From a virus (Duplodnaviria > Caudoviricetes): a DNA stretch of 64,000 nucleotides. The notes beneath the pieces were generated by a model. The model saw only the letters and a list, made by a program, of their open reading frames with translations. It was not told the origin of the DNA and did not search any database. How positions within the stretch are numbered: the stretch's first letter is position 1; each line of letters starts with the position of its first letter. A program made the translations under genes and the position numbers. Where the stretch lies: IMG/VR virus record IMGVR_UViG_3300031998_000008, positions 128,001 through 192,000 of that record; one strand, given 5' to 3'. This document shows, piece after piece, positions 40,172 to 47,387 of the stretch.

Positions 40172-40314
40172 ATATTCAATTGGAAAGCCTGAAATAAAAA
40201 AGGAAGAAAAAGAAGCATATGACAAAATAGTATCAGACCTTTCACATTACGTTGATGGCGAGATATTAAAAGAAATAAAAGAATACTATAATAATTATTA
40301 AAACACAATTAACT

Positions 40315-40635
40315 ATGAGTAAATTTAACAAAATGTTGACCACAACTGGTTCTGACCTTATCGAAAAAAGAGCGCAAAACAGAACCAAGGATGCACAAGA
40401 GGCATTTAACGCTGAAAAGCAAGAAACTGAAAGAAGAATCAGAGAAATCGAAACTGAAGTTTCAGAAATGGAAGACATGGCAGTCCGTTCAACAGATGCA
40501 CTTGTCGTTGGTGAAAACATCAATATGGTAGAGTGGACAAGAAAAAGAATCAACCATGAACTTGAATTGAATGACTTGAGAGTTGAACTTGAAATCATCA
40601 ACAAACTCATCAAGGAATATTTTGAAGAGGATTAA
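40315..40635 (+). CDS. Hypothetical coiled-coil protein
   Basis: ORF track; phage-typical codon usage. Confidence 0.6.
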   Translation: MSKFNKMLTTTGSDLIEKRAQNRTKDAQEAFNAEKQETERRIREIETEVSEMEDMAVRSTDALVVGENINMVEWTRKRINHELELNDLRVELEIINKLIKEYFEED

Positions 40636-40639
40636 TTTG

Positions 40640-40897
40640 ATGGATTCAGAGAAAGAAATAAAGGAAAATGTGAGCCTCACGTATTTATTCCATGAGGCTC
40701 CTGAAATCCTACCACACTTGGCTTGTCATCCAGATTACGATGGGACAATTCCATGCTTAGTGCAAAGAGAAGGTTGCAAATTCTACGAAATATTGTACTA
40801 TGATTGCCATTATAAATGTTGGAATGATGCTGAAGATGATGACTATGCATATGGCAATGATATAAAATTGAAATATATACAACTTATCGAAGATTAA
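40640..40897 (+). CDS. Hypothetical protein
   Basis: ORF track, start trimmed to MDSEKE. Confidence 0.5.
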   Translation: MDSEKEIKENVSLTYLFHEAPEILPHLACHPDYDGTIPCLVQREGCKFYEILYYDCHYKCWNDAEDDDYAYGNDIKLKYIQLIED

Positions 40898-40912
40898 AAT
40901 TTTTGAAAAATA

Positions 40913-40944
40913 TTTGCTTTTTTGAAATAAAGTTTGTATATTAG
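40913..40944 (+). promoter_or_regulatory. Bacteroidota sigmaA-like promoter
   Basis: TTTG-N20-TATATTAG; similar sites at 38165-38196, 42166-42197, 49914-49945 and 56337-56367. Confidence 0.6.
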
Positions 40945-40966
40945 AATGTGAAACAAAGGTTTCTGA

Positions 40967-41068
40967 TGCCCGCACGATGCGAAGGCGGCAGGTAAAACTG
41001 CTAACCCTACGGAGTACAACATGCCACGTTGAAGTGGAGGTTCTCAGGTTCGAATCCTGATACGGGCA
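40967..41068 (+). ncRNA. tRNA-like RNA (acceptor + T arm, non-canonical middle)
   Basis: TGCCCG/CGGGCA ends, TCAGG-TTCGAAT-CCTGA. Confidence 0.5.
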
Positions 41069-41258
41069 CAAGGGAAATGCGGTCCATGAAGCAAGCCGTA
41101 TTCGTGTGTTAATGAACGAGACAACTCATAGGTGAACACGAATTAGTTTAATAGCGAAGAAAAAACGCCCTTTTTTAAAATTTTTTTATTGGTTTTTGAA
41201 TTTTTTTAAAAAAAAGTATATTTATAAGTGTAAAATATCGAAAAATTAAAAAGGATTT

Positions 41259-41491
41259 ATGCAAATGATGAGTAAACATATTAATTTGACAGAAAATACA
41301 TGCGGTAATCTCAAAGGCTACGGCAAGGGCTCATCATATGCATGCTCACCAAGAGAAGATTGGCACTTTAGGAGTAAAGGGAAACGAGCGATAGGAAGTT
41401 GAAAATAAAAAGCACATAGGTTTCTAACCACAACATATTCCCGACCTCTGAAAAGTTTCCCAATCAACAAAAACTACTCAGAGGTTTTTTT
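41259..41491 (+). promoter_or_regulatory. Putative attenuator: 47-aa leader ORF (41259-41402) + terminator (41444-41491)
   Basis: ORF followed by ACCTCTGA/TCAGAGGT hairpin + U-run; ORF segments complementary to the hairpin loop. Confidence 0.5.
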
Positions 41492-41527
41492 ATTGCTCAA
41501 AATAATAAAAAAATAATCCGAAAATCA

Positions 41528-41773
41528 ATGAAAGACACATTAAAACAAATCGTAACAGGTAGCGCAAAACTTGACTGCATGAGAAGTGGCGGAATCGCAG
41601 AGTATATAATTACTTCAAGCACAGGCAACAGATACCTATTGGAGATTGACTTGTCAGACAAATTTGATTGTGGAGAAACGGCAACTTTTAGTCCATACTA
41701 CGAAAAGGCTATTATATTAATGAGGTGGATTAGAAGGGCCATGGAAAAAGAAAATTTGATAGAATTATCATAA
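41528..41773 (+). CDS. Hypothetical protein
   Basis: ORF track; A-rich initiation region. Confidence 0.6.
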   Translation: MKDTLKQIVTGSAKLDCMRSGGIAEYIITSSTGNRYLLEIDLSDKFDCGETATFSPYYEKAIILMRWIRRAMEKENLIELS

Positions 41774-41784
41774 TTTTGAAAGTT

Positions 41785-41799
41785 TGGCACGATATTTGA
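41785..41799 (+). promoter_or_regulatory. sigma54-type -24/-12 promoter
   Basis: TGGCACG-ATAT-TTGA. Confidence 0.7.
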
Positions 41800-41816
41800 T
41801 AAGTTTCATCACAAAT

Positions 41817-41888
41817 GGGTTTGTAGCTCAAAGGCAGAGCAACGGTCTGTTAAACCGTAGGTTGAGATTTCGAAATTCTCCATTCCCT
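41817..41888 (+). tRNA. tRNA-Asn(GTT)
   Basis: ACGGT-CTGTTAA-ACCGT. Confidence 0.8.
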
Positions 41889-41913
41889 CAATGTTAAACT
41901 AAAAATTAAAAAA

Positions 41914-42147
41914 ATGGGAGTGAGAAACAGAACATATCGGTCACACTACAAAATAGGAATAAATGGTGAATACGAAGAAAAGAAATCGTATGAGACCGAA
42001 AAAGAGGCCCTGAAAGTGGCAAGATTCTTGAATACAAGAGAAAACATAATCCACAAGATGGTAGCCTACAAATGCGTAAAATGCGGCAAGTGGCACGTTG
42101 GAAGCAACAACACCGTGCTTGATGAAGAGGAAAGAAAAAAAATATAA
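41914..42147 (+). CDS. Small Zn-ribbon protein
   Basis: AYKCVKCGKWHVG. Confidence 0.6.
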   Translation: MGVRNRTYRSHYKIGINGEYEEKKSYETEKEALKVARFLNTRENIIHKMVAYKCVKCGKWHVGSNNTVLDEEERKKI

Positions 42148-42201
42148 AAAAAAGTTGCAGAAAAATTTGTGATATTCAAAAATAGTTTGTATATTCACAA
42201 T

Positions 42202-42212
42202 GTTCTTTGAAA
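42202..42212 (+). promoter_or_regulatory. boxA-like antitermination site (also 42801, 42990, 43929, 44624, 44804)
   Basis: GTTCTTTGAAA repeated, several copies just downstream of promoters. Confidence 0.65.
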
Positions 42213-42218
42213 ACAAAT

Positions 42219-42329
42219 GGGCTGTAAATCCGAACAAAATAGCGGAGTGACCTGCTGGTCGAAGTATTATGCATAAGAAGACCATACGGTGGCAATGCGG
42301 CCACTGGGGTTCGAGTCCCCAACAGTCCA
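42219..42329 (+). ncRNA. Aberrant tRNA-like RNA with enlarged anticodon-position loop
   Basis: GGGCTGT/ACAGTCC, GGGG-TTCGAGT-CCCC. Confidence 0.5.
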
Positions 42330-42334
42330 CATAT

Positions 42335-42405
42335 AGGTGGTTGGTGTAACGGTAACATAGCGGTCTCCAAAACCGTTGTTGAGGGTTCGAATCCTTCACC
42401 ACCTG
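42335..42405 (+). tRNA. tRNA-Trp(CCA)
   Basis: GCGGT-CTCCAAA-ACCGT. Confidence 0.92.
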
Positions 42406-42433
42406 CAAATACTGAAGAGTGCTCTTCGGTACA

Positions 42434-42515
42434 GAGTGGATAGTTTAAAAGAAGCACTTGGAAAAACATATGGAGTCCAATCCGTAAGATACAAGTTCGA
42501 GTCTTGTTCTGCTTG
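42434..42515 (+). ncRNA. Aberrant tRNA-like RNA (6-nt anticodon loop)
   Basis: GAGTGGA/TCTGCTT, TATGGA-GTCCAA-TCCGTA, ACAAG-TTCGAGT-CTTGT. Confidence 0.45.
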
Positions 42516-42609
42516 CAAATAACGCTCGTTAGGTCGTATAGGGGATTAGTACACTATAAGCGGGACGCTAAGAAACACTGGTTCGAAACCAGTCCAAACG
42601 AGCAAAAAT

Positions 42610-42684
42610 GCACCTGTGGTCGAGTGGTCAAAGGCAATGGTCTGCAAAACCATACAATCGTTGGTTCGAATCCAACCAGGTGCT
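42610..42684 (+). tRNA. tRNA-Cys(GCA)
   Basis: ATGGT-CTGCAAA-ACCAT. Confidence 0.92.
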
Positions 42685-42693
42685 CAAGAATAT

Positions 42694-42793
42694 GGAGGAT
42701 GTGATGTAATGGTAGGCATAGCAGGGTAGACCTGTCGGGTGTAATAAATTGGCCATGAATAAGCCCGTGAAAGTTCGAATCTTTCCGCCTCCG
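42694..42793 (+). ncRNA. tRNA-like RNA with 5-nt anticodon loop (GTAGA) and long variable arm
   Basis: GCAGG-GTAGA-CCTGT; GAAAG-TTCGAAT-CTTTC. Confidence 0.55.
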
Positions 42794-42816
42794 CAAAGAA
42801 GTTCTTTGAAAAACAT

Positions 42817-42952
42817 TGAAGCGTGGTGAAATGGTAGACACGGCGGTAGTAAACAAAACGCTTACAGTGTATGTAAGTTAACAGCAGTTGGTATTACGTT
42901 TCAGGTAGAACCGCTGCCAGTGGCGTTGGAGGTTCGAATCCTTCCGCTTCAA
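42817..42952 (+). tRNA. Type II tRNA interrupted by an ACAGCA mini-intron (~42848-42902); predicted anticodon GTA
   Basis: Removing 55 nt gives GCGGT-AGGTAGA-ACCGC; Leu-like D arm; identity uncertain. Confidence 0.6.
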
Positions 42953-42962
42953 CAAAAAAGTT

Positions 42963-42977
42963 TGGCACGATTTTTGA
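42963..42977 (+). promoter_or_regulatory. sigma54-type -24/-12 promoter
   Basis: TGGCACG-ATTT-TTGA, followed by boxA. Confidence 0.7.
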
Positions 42978-43004
42978 TATAGTGCTTATGTTCTTTGAAA
43001 TTAT

Positions 43005-43077
43005 CGGGATGTAGTTCAGTTGGTAGAACGCATGGTTTGGGACCACGAGGTCGCAGGTTCGAGTCCTGTCATCCCGA
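43005..43077 (+). tRNA. tRNA-Pro(TGG)
   Basis: CATGG-TTTGGGA-CCACG. Confidence 0.92.
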
Positions 43078-43191
43078 CAGAAAGATGAAGGCAACTGCAT
43101 GGACATAATCAATGCCACTATGTTGAGCACTAGAAAATATGGCAGATAAAGGTCCTTGGACAAACTCAACTACGGTTAAACTTCATCAAAT

Positions 43192-43361
43192 GGTGCTCTG
43201 GCAGATATGGTATATGCACCGGACTGAATACAGAATAAACTGTAAATTAAACTTCGTGTTGGCGAAGAGGAAAACGCAAGACGCTAATCGTCTAACTCAT
43301 CGGTTCAAATCCGATACACGGAGCAAATCCGGCTAAGGTGGTTCGAGTCCACTGGGCACCA
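43192..43361 (+). tRNA. tRNA-Phe(GAA) with a 97-nt insertion (43229-43325) containing a nested tRNA-like RNA
   Basis: CCGGA-CTGAA[insert]AA-TCCGG; acceptor GGTGCTC/GGGCACC. Confidence 0.75.
43253..43323 (+). ncRNA. Nested tRNA-like cloverleaf with 5-nt anticodon loop
   Basis: TTCGTGT/ACACGGA, AGACG-CTAAT-CGTCT, ATCGG-TTCAAAT-CCGAT. Confidence 0.7.
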
Positions 43362-43412
43362 CAGAAAATTTGATAATAAAATAGAAATTAAAATAAAAAA
43401 ATAGGTAATACG

Positions 43413-43448
43413 ATGACACGATTTAAGAAACACATAAAACGACTGTAA
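43413..43448 (+). promoter_or_regulatory. Putative leader peptide MTRFKKHIKRL* followed by a 10-bp hairpin
   Basis: A-rich initiation region; AATGATGGTA/TACCATCATT hairpin immediately after the stop. Confidence 0.45.
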
Positions 43449-43495
43449 GTAATGATGGTACACCTTGTAGTTTTACCATCATTCGGGAAGACTAT

Positions 43496-43568
43496 GGGGA
43501 TGTAGCAGACACGGTTGTTGCGTGTGACTGAAAATCACAAGAAGTTGGGTCAGCACCAACCATCCCCA
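43496..43568 (+). tRNA. tRNA-Phe(GAA)
   Basis: TGTGA-CTGAAAA-TCACA; atypical T loop GTCAGCA. Confidence 0.8.
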
Positions 43569-43574
43569 CAATAG

Positions 43575-43648
43575 GGGCTCATAGCATAATTGGTAGTTGC
43601 ACCTGACTTTTAATCAGGGGGTTCTGGGTTCGAGTCCCAGTGGGCCCA
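43575..43648 (+). tRNA. tRNA-Lys(TTT)
   Basis: CCTGA-CTTTTAA-TCAGG. Confidence 0.92.
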
Positions 43649-43657
43649 CAAGCAAAT

Positions 43658-43733
43658 GCGCTTGTAACTCAGTGGTTTTCAGAGTACTTGACTTTTAATC
43701 AAGGAGTCGTGGGTTCGAGTCCCACCAGGCGCA
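43658..43733 (+). tRNA. tRNA-Lys(TTT)
   Basis: CTTGA-CTTTTAA-TCAAG. Confidence 0.92.
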
Positions 43734-43739
43734 CTAAAT

Positions 43740-43811
43740 GCCCCAATGGTGTAATGGATAGCACTAAAGTCCACGGAACTTTCAGTGAGGGTTCGAATCC
43801 TTCTTGGGGTA
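43740..43811 (+). tRNA. tRNA-Arg(ACG)
   Basis: AAAGT-CCACGGA-ACTTT (C33). Confidence 0.85.
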
Positions 43812-43823
43812 CTTTTGACAAAC

Positions 43824-43894
43824 GTCCCTGTAGGTCAACGGTAGACTAGGTGACTCTTAATCATCGGATTTGGGTTCGAATCCCAGCGGGGGCA
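43824..43894 (+). tRNA. tRNA-Lys(CTT)
   Basis: GGTGA-CTCTTAA-TCATC. Confidence 0.88.
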
Positions 43895-43901
43895 CAAAAC
43901 T

Positions 43902-43916
43902 TGGCACGGTTTTTGA
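43902..43916 (+). promoter_or_regulatory. sigma54-type -24/-12 promoter
   Basis: TGGCACG-GTTT-TTGA, followed by boxA. Confidence 0.7.
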
Positions 43917-43944
43917 TAATGTGCAAACGTTCTTTGAAAAACAT

Positions 43945-44016
43945 GGCTCCATAGTTCAAGGGATAGAACGAGTGCCTTCTAAGCACCAAATCTAGGTTCG
44001 AGTCCTAGTGGGGCTA
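43945..44016 (+). tRNA. tRNA-Arg(TCT)
   Basis: AGTGC-CTTCTAA-GCACC. Confidence 0.9.
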
Positions 44017-44024
44017 CAAAACAT

Positions 44025-44096
44025 GCTCCTATAGTTCAAGGGAGAGAATAGAAGTTTCCTAAACTTTTGATTTAGGTTCGAGTCCTAATAGGAGTA
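44025..44096 (+). tRNA. tRNA-Arg(CCT)
   Basis: GAAGT-TTCCTAA-ACTTT. Confidence 0.9.
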
Positions 44097-44117
44097 CAAA
44101 CTTAAATTAAATAGAAT

Positions 44118-44288
44118 ATGGGACTTACATATGGCGAAGAGCCTGAACCTTGGATGAATAGCGATGCCCATAACAGGCATTGTTCACGTAAAAAAATTAA
44201 ACGTGAGAGACATAAAAAACTCAGAAGAATACCTCTTGACAAAGATGTCAGGTCAATGTTAAAAAGGTACTCAGGCTGGGAATGGTAA
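44118..44288 (+). CDS. 56-aa basic peptide (not in ORF track)
   Basis: MGLTYGEEPEPWMNSDAHNRHCSRKKIKRERHKKLRRIPLDKDVRSMLKRYSGWEW*. Confidence 0.5.
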   Translation: MGLTYGEEPEPWMNSDAHNRHCSRKKIKRERHKKLRRIPLDKDVRSMLKRYSGWEW

Positions 44289-44292
44289 ATAT

Positions 44293-44364
44293 GCGGCGTT
44301 AGTACAACGGTTAGTATATCAGCTTGCCATGCTGAAGATGTCGGTTCGATTCCGATACGCCGCT
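44293..44364 (+). tRNA. tRNA-Gly(GCC)
   Basis: TCAGC-TTGCCAT-GCTGA. Confidence 0.92.
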
Positions 44365-44486
44365 CTAAGGTAACTTTAGATTACCTGAAGGTGATATGTG
44401 GCATCCTCAAGTACAAGGGACACACCATACTTTAGATGGTTATCGCTTTCCCTAGGGCGATTTTAAAATAGCACAGTAGGGGTGTA

Positions 44487-44557
44487 GGCGATGTAGTCTA
44501 ACGGTAGAACGGGGCTCTCATAAGGCCCATACGGAAGTTCAACTCTTCCCATCGCCA
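44487..44557 (+). tRNA. tRNA-Met/Ile2(CAT)
   Basis: GGGCT-CTCATAA-GGCCC. Confidence 0.85.
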
Positions 44558-44580
44558 CAAAAAAAAATAAAAAAAAAAGA

Positions 44581-44612
44581 TTTGCTTTTTACAAATTCAA
44601 TTTGTATATTTG
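44581..44612 (+). promoter_or_regulatory. Consensus Bacteroidota sigmaA promoter (-33/-7)
   Basis: TTTG-N20-TATATTTG, followed by boxA at 44624. Confidence 0.75.
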
Positions 44613-44880
44613 CAATATCAAAAGTTCTTTGAAAGAATATATCAAGCCGCCCAGTCGGTAGTCGCAGATTACGGTTTGCGATAAAAGTGGTACTTGGAAG
44701 CTAATCCGCTCAGTCGGTAAAAGGTAAGGTGAGAGAGGTCATCTTTAAAACGTCAATTCGTAAGCCTGAAAAGTGATACTTAGCGTTTTCTCAAAAGGAC
44801 AGAGTTCTTTGACATATTGTGAAATCTGAATAAATACAACTTCTAAAGGTTGTCTGTAGTGATACACGCAACCTTCTTAC

Positions 44881-44967
44881 GGAGGCGTGGCTGAGTGGTT
44901 TAAGGCGGCGGTCTTGAAAACCGTTGGCCTCGTAAGGGGCCCGCAGGTTCGAATCCTGCCGCCTCCG
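44881..44967 (+). tRNA. tRNA-Ser(TGA)
   Basis: GCGGT-CTTGAAA-ACCGT, long variable arm. Confidence 0.93.
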
Positions 44968-45034
44968 CAAAAAAAATCTATAACGAGAATACGACATCCT
45001 GTAGTAGAGCACTTAGTATTTAAGTTATAGTAAT

Positions 45035-45162
45035 GCTGGAATCGTCTAATGGATTAGGACACGTAGCAAACAAAATGATTTCAGTCGGAAATGAAATTTA
45101 ACAGCAGAATTTAGCAATGAAATTCCAATTCCGAAATGGGGGTTCGAATCCCTCTTCCAGCT
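45035..45162 (+). tRNA. tRNA(TCC, Gly anticodon) with ACAGCA mini-intron 45064-45118
   Basis: Spliced arm CGGAA-ATTCCAA-TTCCG. Confidence 0.75.
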
Positions 45163-45164
45163 CT

Positions 45165-45290
45165 TGCAAGTTGGTGTAGTGGCAGCACACGTAGCGACTA
45201 ATTAGATTTCAGACATGGAATTAGACAGCAATATTTAAAATGCGATGAAACCATAATTCCGTGACAGAGGTTCGATTCCTCTACTTGCAA
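45165..45290 (+). tRNA. tRNA(CAT) with ACAGCA mini-intron 45192-45246
   Basis: Spliced arm ACGGAA-ACCATAA-TTCCGT. Confidence 0.75.
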
Positions 45291-45302
45291 CTATTTAAGA
45301 TT

Positions 45303-45424
45303 TGGGATGTGGTGTAACGGTAGCACACGTAGCACTTTATGATTTCAGACACGGAATTTTACAGCAATTATTTTAGCGATGAATTTGGGTTTCCGTGGTT
45401 TTGGTTCGACTCCAGACGTCCCGA
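45303..45424 (+). tRNA. tRNA-Pro(TGG) with ACAGCA mini-intron 45330-45380
   Basis: Spliced arm ACGGAA-TTTGGGT-TTCCGT; Pro-type acceptor. Confidence 0.8.
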
Positions 45425-45446
45425 CATGTTTTTCAGGTTAAGGTAA

Positions 45447-45958
45447 TGAAATCCCAAGTGGGGCCCAATATATAACAGTCCTTGCTATATGGCGTGAGGA
45501 TAAAGTTGGGAAAATATAGGTAAAAAATGCATTCTTACGCCCTAATGGTTGATATATTGTGGTATCAATGGTGTGTTTTTATGTGTGTGACTACGCAAAT
45601 CACACAGATTTCAATCTAATGAAATACCAAGTGGGTCCTGATATAGCATATTCACAAAAAATGGTTTGTGAAGAAGTCAGGAAAATAGTGGTGAAGATGA
45701 TTATTCAGTTAATCCTTAACGTTGGCATATCGTGGAGCCAACTGTTCGTCTTTGTGTGCGTGACTACGCAAGTCGCACATATTTCGTCATAATGAAACCC
45801 CAAGTGGGACCCAATATACAATAGCCTTTGCTATATGGCGTAAAGGTAAAGTTGGGGTAATATAGGTAAAAATGCTTGGTTGCGCCCTAATGGTTGATAT
45901 ATCGTGGTATCAACAGTGTGTTTTTATGTGTGTGACTCCGCAAATCACACAGGTTTCA
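45447..45958 (+). ncRNA. Three tandem ~167-nt structured RNAs (45447-45613, 45620-45786, 45793-45958)
   Basis: 173-nt period; compensatory changes in terminal and internal stems; U-run follows. Confidence 0.75.
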
Positions 45959-46045
45959 TTTTTTTTTGGTACACGTTAAAATGTTTTTTTTTATTCGCCT
46001 TTACTAATTTTTAAATTTCATTATATTTATATAAAAATATTTATA

Positions 46046-46615
46046 ATGAAAAAGAATTTTAGAACAAAAGAAGAATATATTGAGGCTGCAAAGATGGCTC
46101 ATAGTGTTGCTGAAATGTGCAGATTACTTGGTAGAAATCCATGTGGCGCTGGATATTATATTATGAAAAAGAAAATCAAAGAATATGATATAGATATAAG
46201 TCATTTTCTTGGGCAAGGATGGAATAAGGGTTTAAAGATGAACCCTAATGAGGGAAAAATTAAAAAATTAGAAGAAATATTAGTAGAAAATTCCACATAT
46301 GCTAATTGTAATTGTTTAAAAAAAAGGTTATTAAAAGAAGGTGTTAAAGAATATAGGTGTGAGTGTTGTGGGTTGACTGAGTGGAACGGTAAAGAAATTC
46401 CTTTAGAAATACATCACATAAATGGTGTTAGAAATGATAACAGGATTGAAAATCTTCAATTATTATGCCCAAATTGCCATGCTCAAACAGATAATTATTG
46501 TTCTAAAAATATGAAGAATGGCGGAGTGGTGGAATTGGTAGACACGACTGTCCCAAAAGCAGTTGCCGAGAGGCGTGTGGGTCCGACTCCCACCTCCGCT
46601 ACAGAACTTAAATAA
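46046..46615 (+). CDS. HNH endonuclease (tRNA-array associated)
   Basis: CECCG..LEIHHING..DNRIENLQLLCPNCH. Confidence 0.88.
   Translation: MKKNFRTKEEYIEAAKMAHSVAEMCRLLGRNPCGAGYYIMKKKIKEYDIDISHFLGQGWNKGLKMNPNEGKIKKLEEILVENSTYANCNCLKKRLLKEGVKEYRCECCGLTEWNGKEIPLEIHHINGVRNDNRIENLQLLCPNCHAQTDNYCSKNMKNGGVVELVDTTVPKAVAERRVGPTPTSATELK
46520..46601 (+). tRNA. tRNA-Leu(CAA), overlapped by the HNH ORF 3' end
   Basis: ACTGT-CCCAAAA-GCAGT, variable arm. Confidence 0.85.
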
Positions 46616-46633
46616 TAATTAAAAATTAACAAA

Positions 46634-47269
46634 ATGAAGAAAGTATTTATTTTATTGATGGCAATTTCTTTGATGTTTTCATTCAATTCTTGCGATTGGT
46701 TTAACAAGAACAAGGATAATGAGAAAAAAGAAATTATCGTGGAAAACGTAGTTAAAGCAGACAGAGACTACATGACAGAAAATTATGGTAATACCTACGT
46801 ATGGTATGAAACACAAATTTCTTTGAATGACTATCTTGATGAAGAATGCGATGGCTCATTCTCAGAGATTGTAGATGTGTTCCAAGTTATCACTACAACT
46901 GACAGTGTAACATTTGATACCAAAGTAATTAAGATGTACCATGTTGCTGATTCTTCATACATTGAAGAAATTGAAGGTTTCTGGGTTGAAGACATGAATA
47001 TGAACGATGAAATCATTTCAGTCACTTACAAACAAGCATTCCAACTTATTAATGAAGTAAACTTCCCAAAACCACATTCAAAGAATTGTGTTTTGAGAAA
47101 AGAAGTTGGCCCAATTGAAGCTAATCCTCAGTATATCTTTGGCAACATTGAATCACAATTGTATGTTGATGCATTGACAGGTGATGTAACTGATGAAAGC
47201 CCAAGTTTCTGTGACGAAGTTATTGAAAACGACAGCATCGAAGATGTAAACACTCAATTTGGTGAGTAG
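46634..47269 (+). CDS. Putative lipoprotein
   Basis: Signal peptide ending FNSC; C-terminal YVDALTGDV (PepSY-like). Confidence 0.6.
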   Translation: MKKVFILLMAISLMFSFNSCDWFNKNKDNEKKEIIVENVVKADRDYMTENYGNTYVWYETQISLNDYLDEECDGSFSEIVDVFQVITTTDSVTFDTKVIKMYHVADSSYIEEIEGFWVEDMNMNDEIISVTYKQAFQLINEVNFPKPHSKNCVLRKEVGPIEANPQYIFGNIESQLYVDALTGDVTDESPSFCDEVIENDSIEDVNTQFGE

Positions 47270-47300
47270 CCGTAATTAAATAAAAAAAGATATAAAAATT

Positions 47301-47369
47301 AGAAAACCTAACAGCAACTTTTAGTAATAATCAGGACTTTCATTCCCGACAATAAACTAATGGTTTTCG
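47301..47369 (+). ncRNA. Split ACAGCA element enclosing an isolated anticodon stem-loop TTC (Glu)
   Basis: GAAAACC-TAACAGCAA...TCAGGA-CTTTCAT-TCCCGA...GGTTTTC-G. Confidence 0.7.
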
Positions 47370-47387
47370 TTTTTTAGAACCCATATA

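Noticed and set aside
45064-45380. Group I/II or bulge-helix-bulge introns
   Set aside because: At 51-56 nt the inserts are too short for group I/II cores, and I could not draw a convincing BHB at the junctions
45447-45958. CRISPR array
   Set aside because: Units are ~167 nt and similar along their length, with no short repeat/unique spacer pattern and no cas genes
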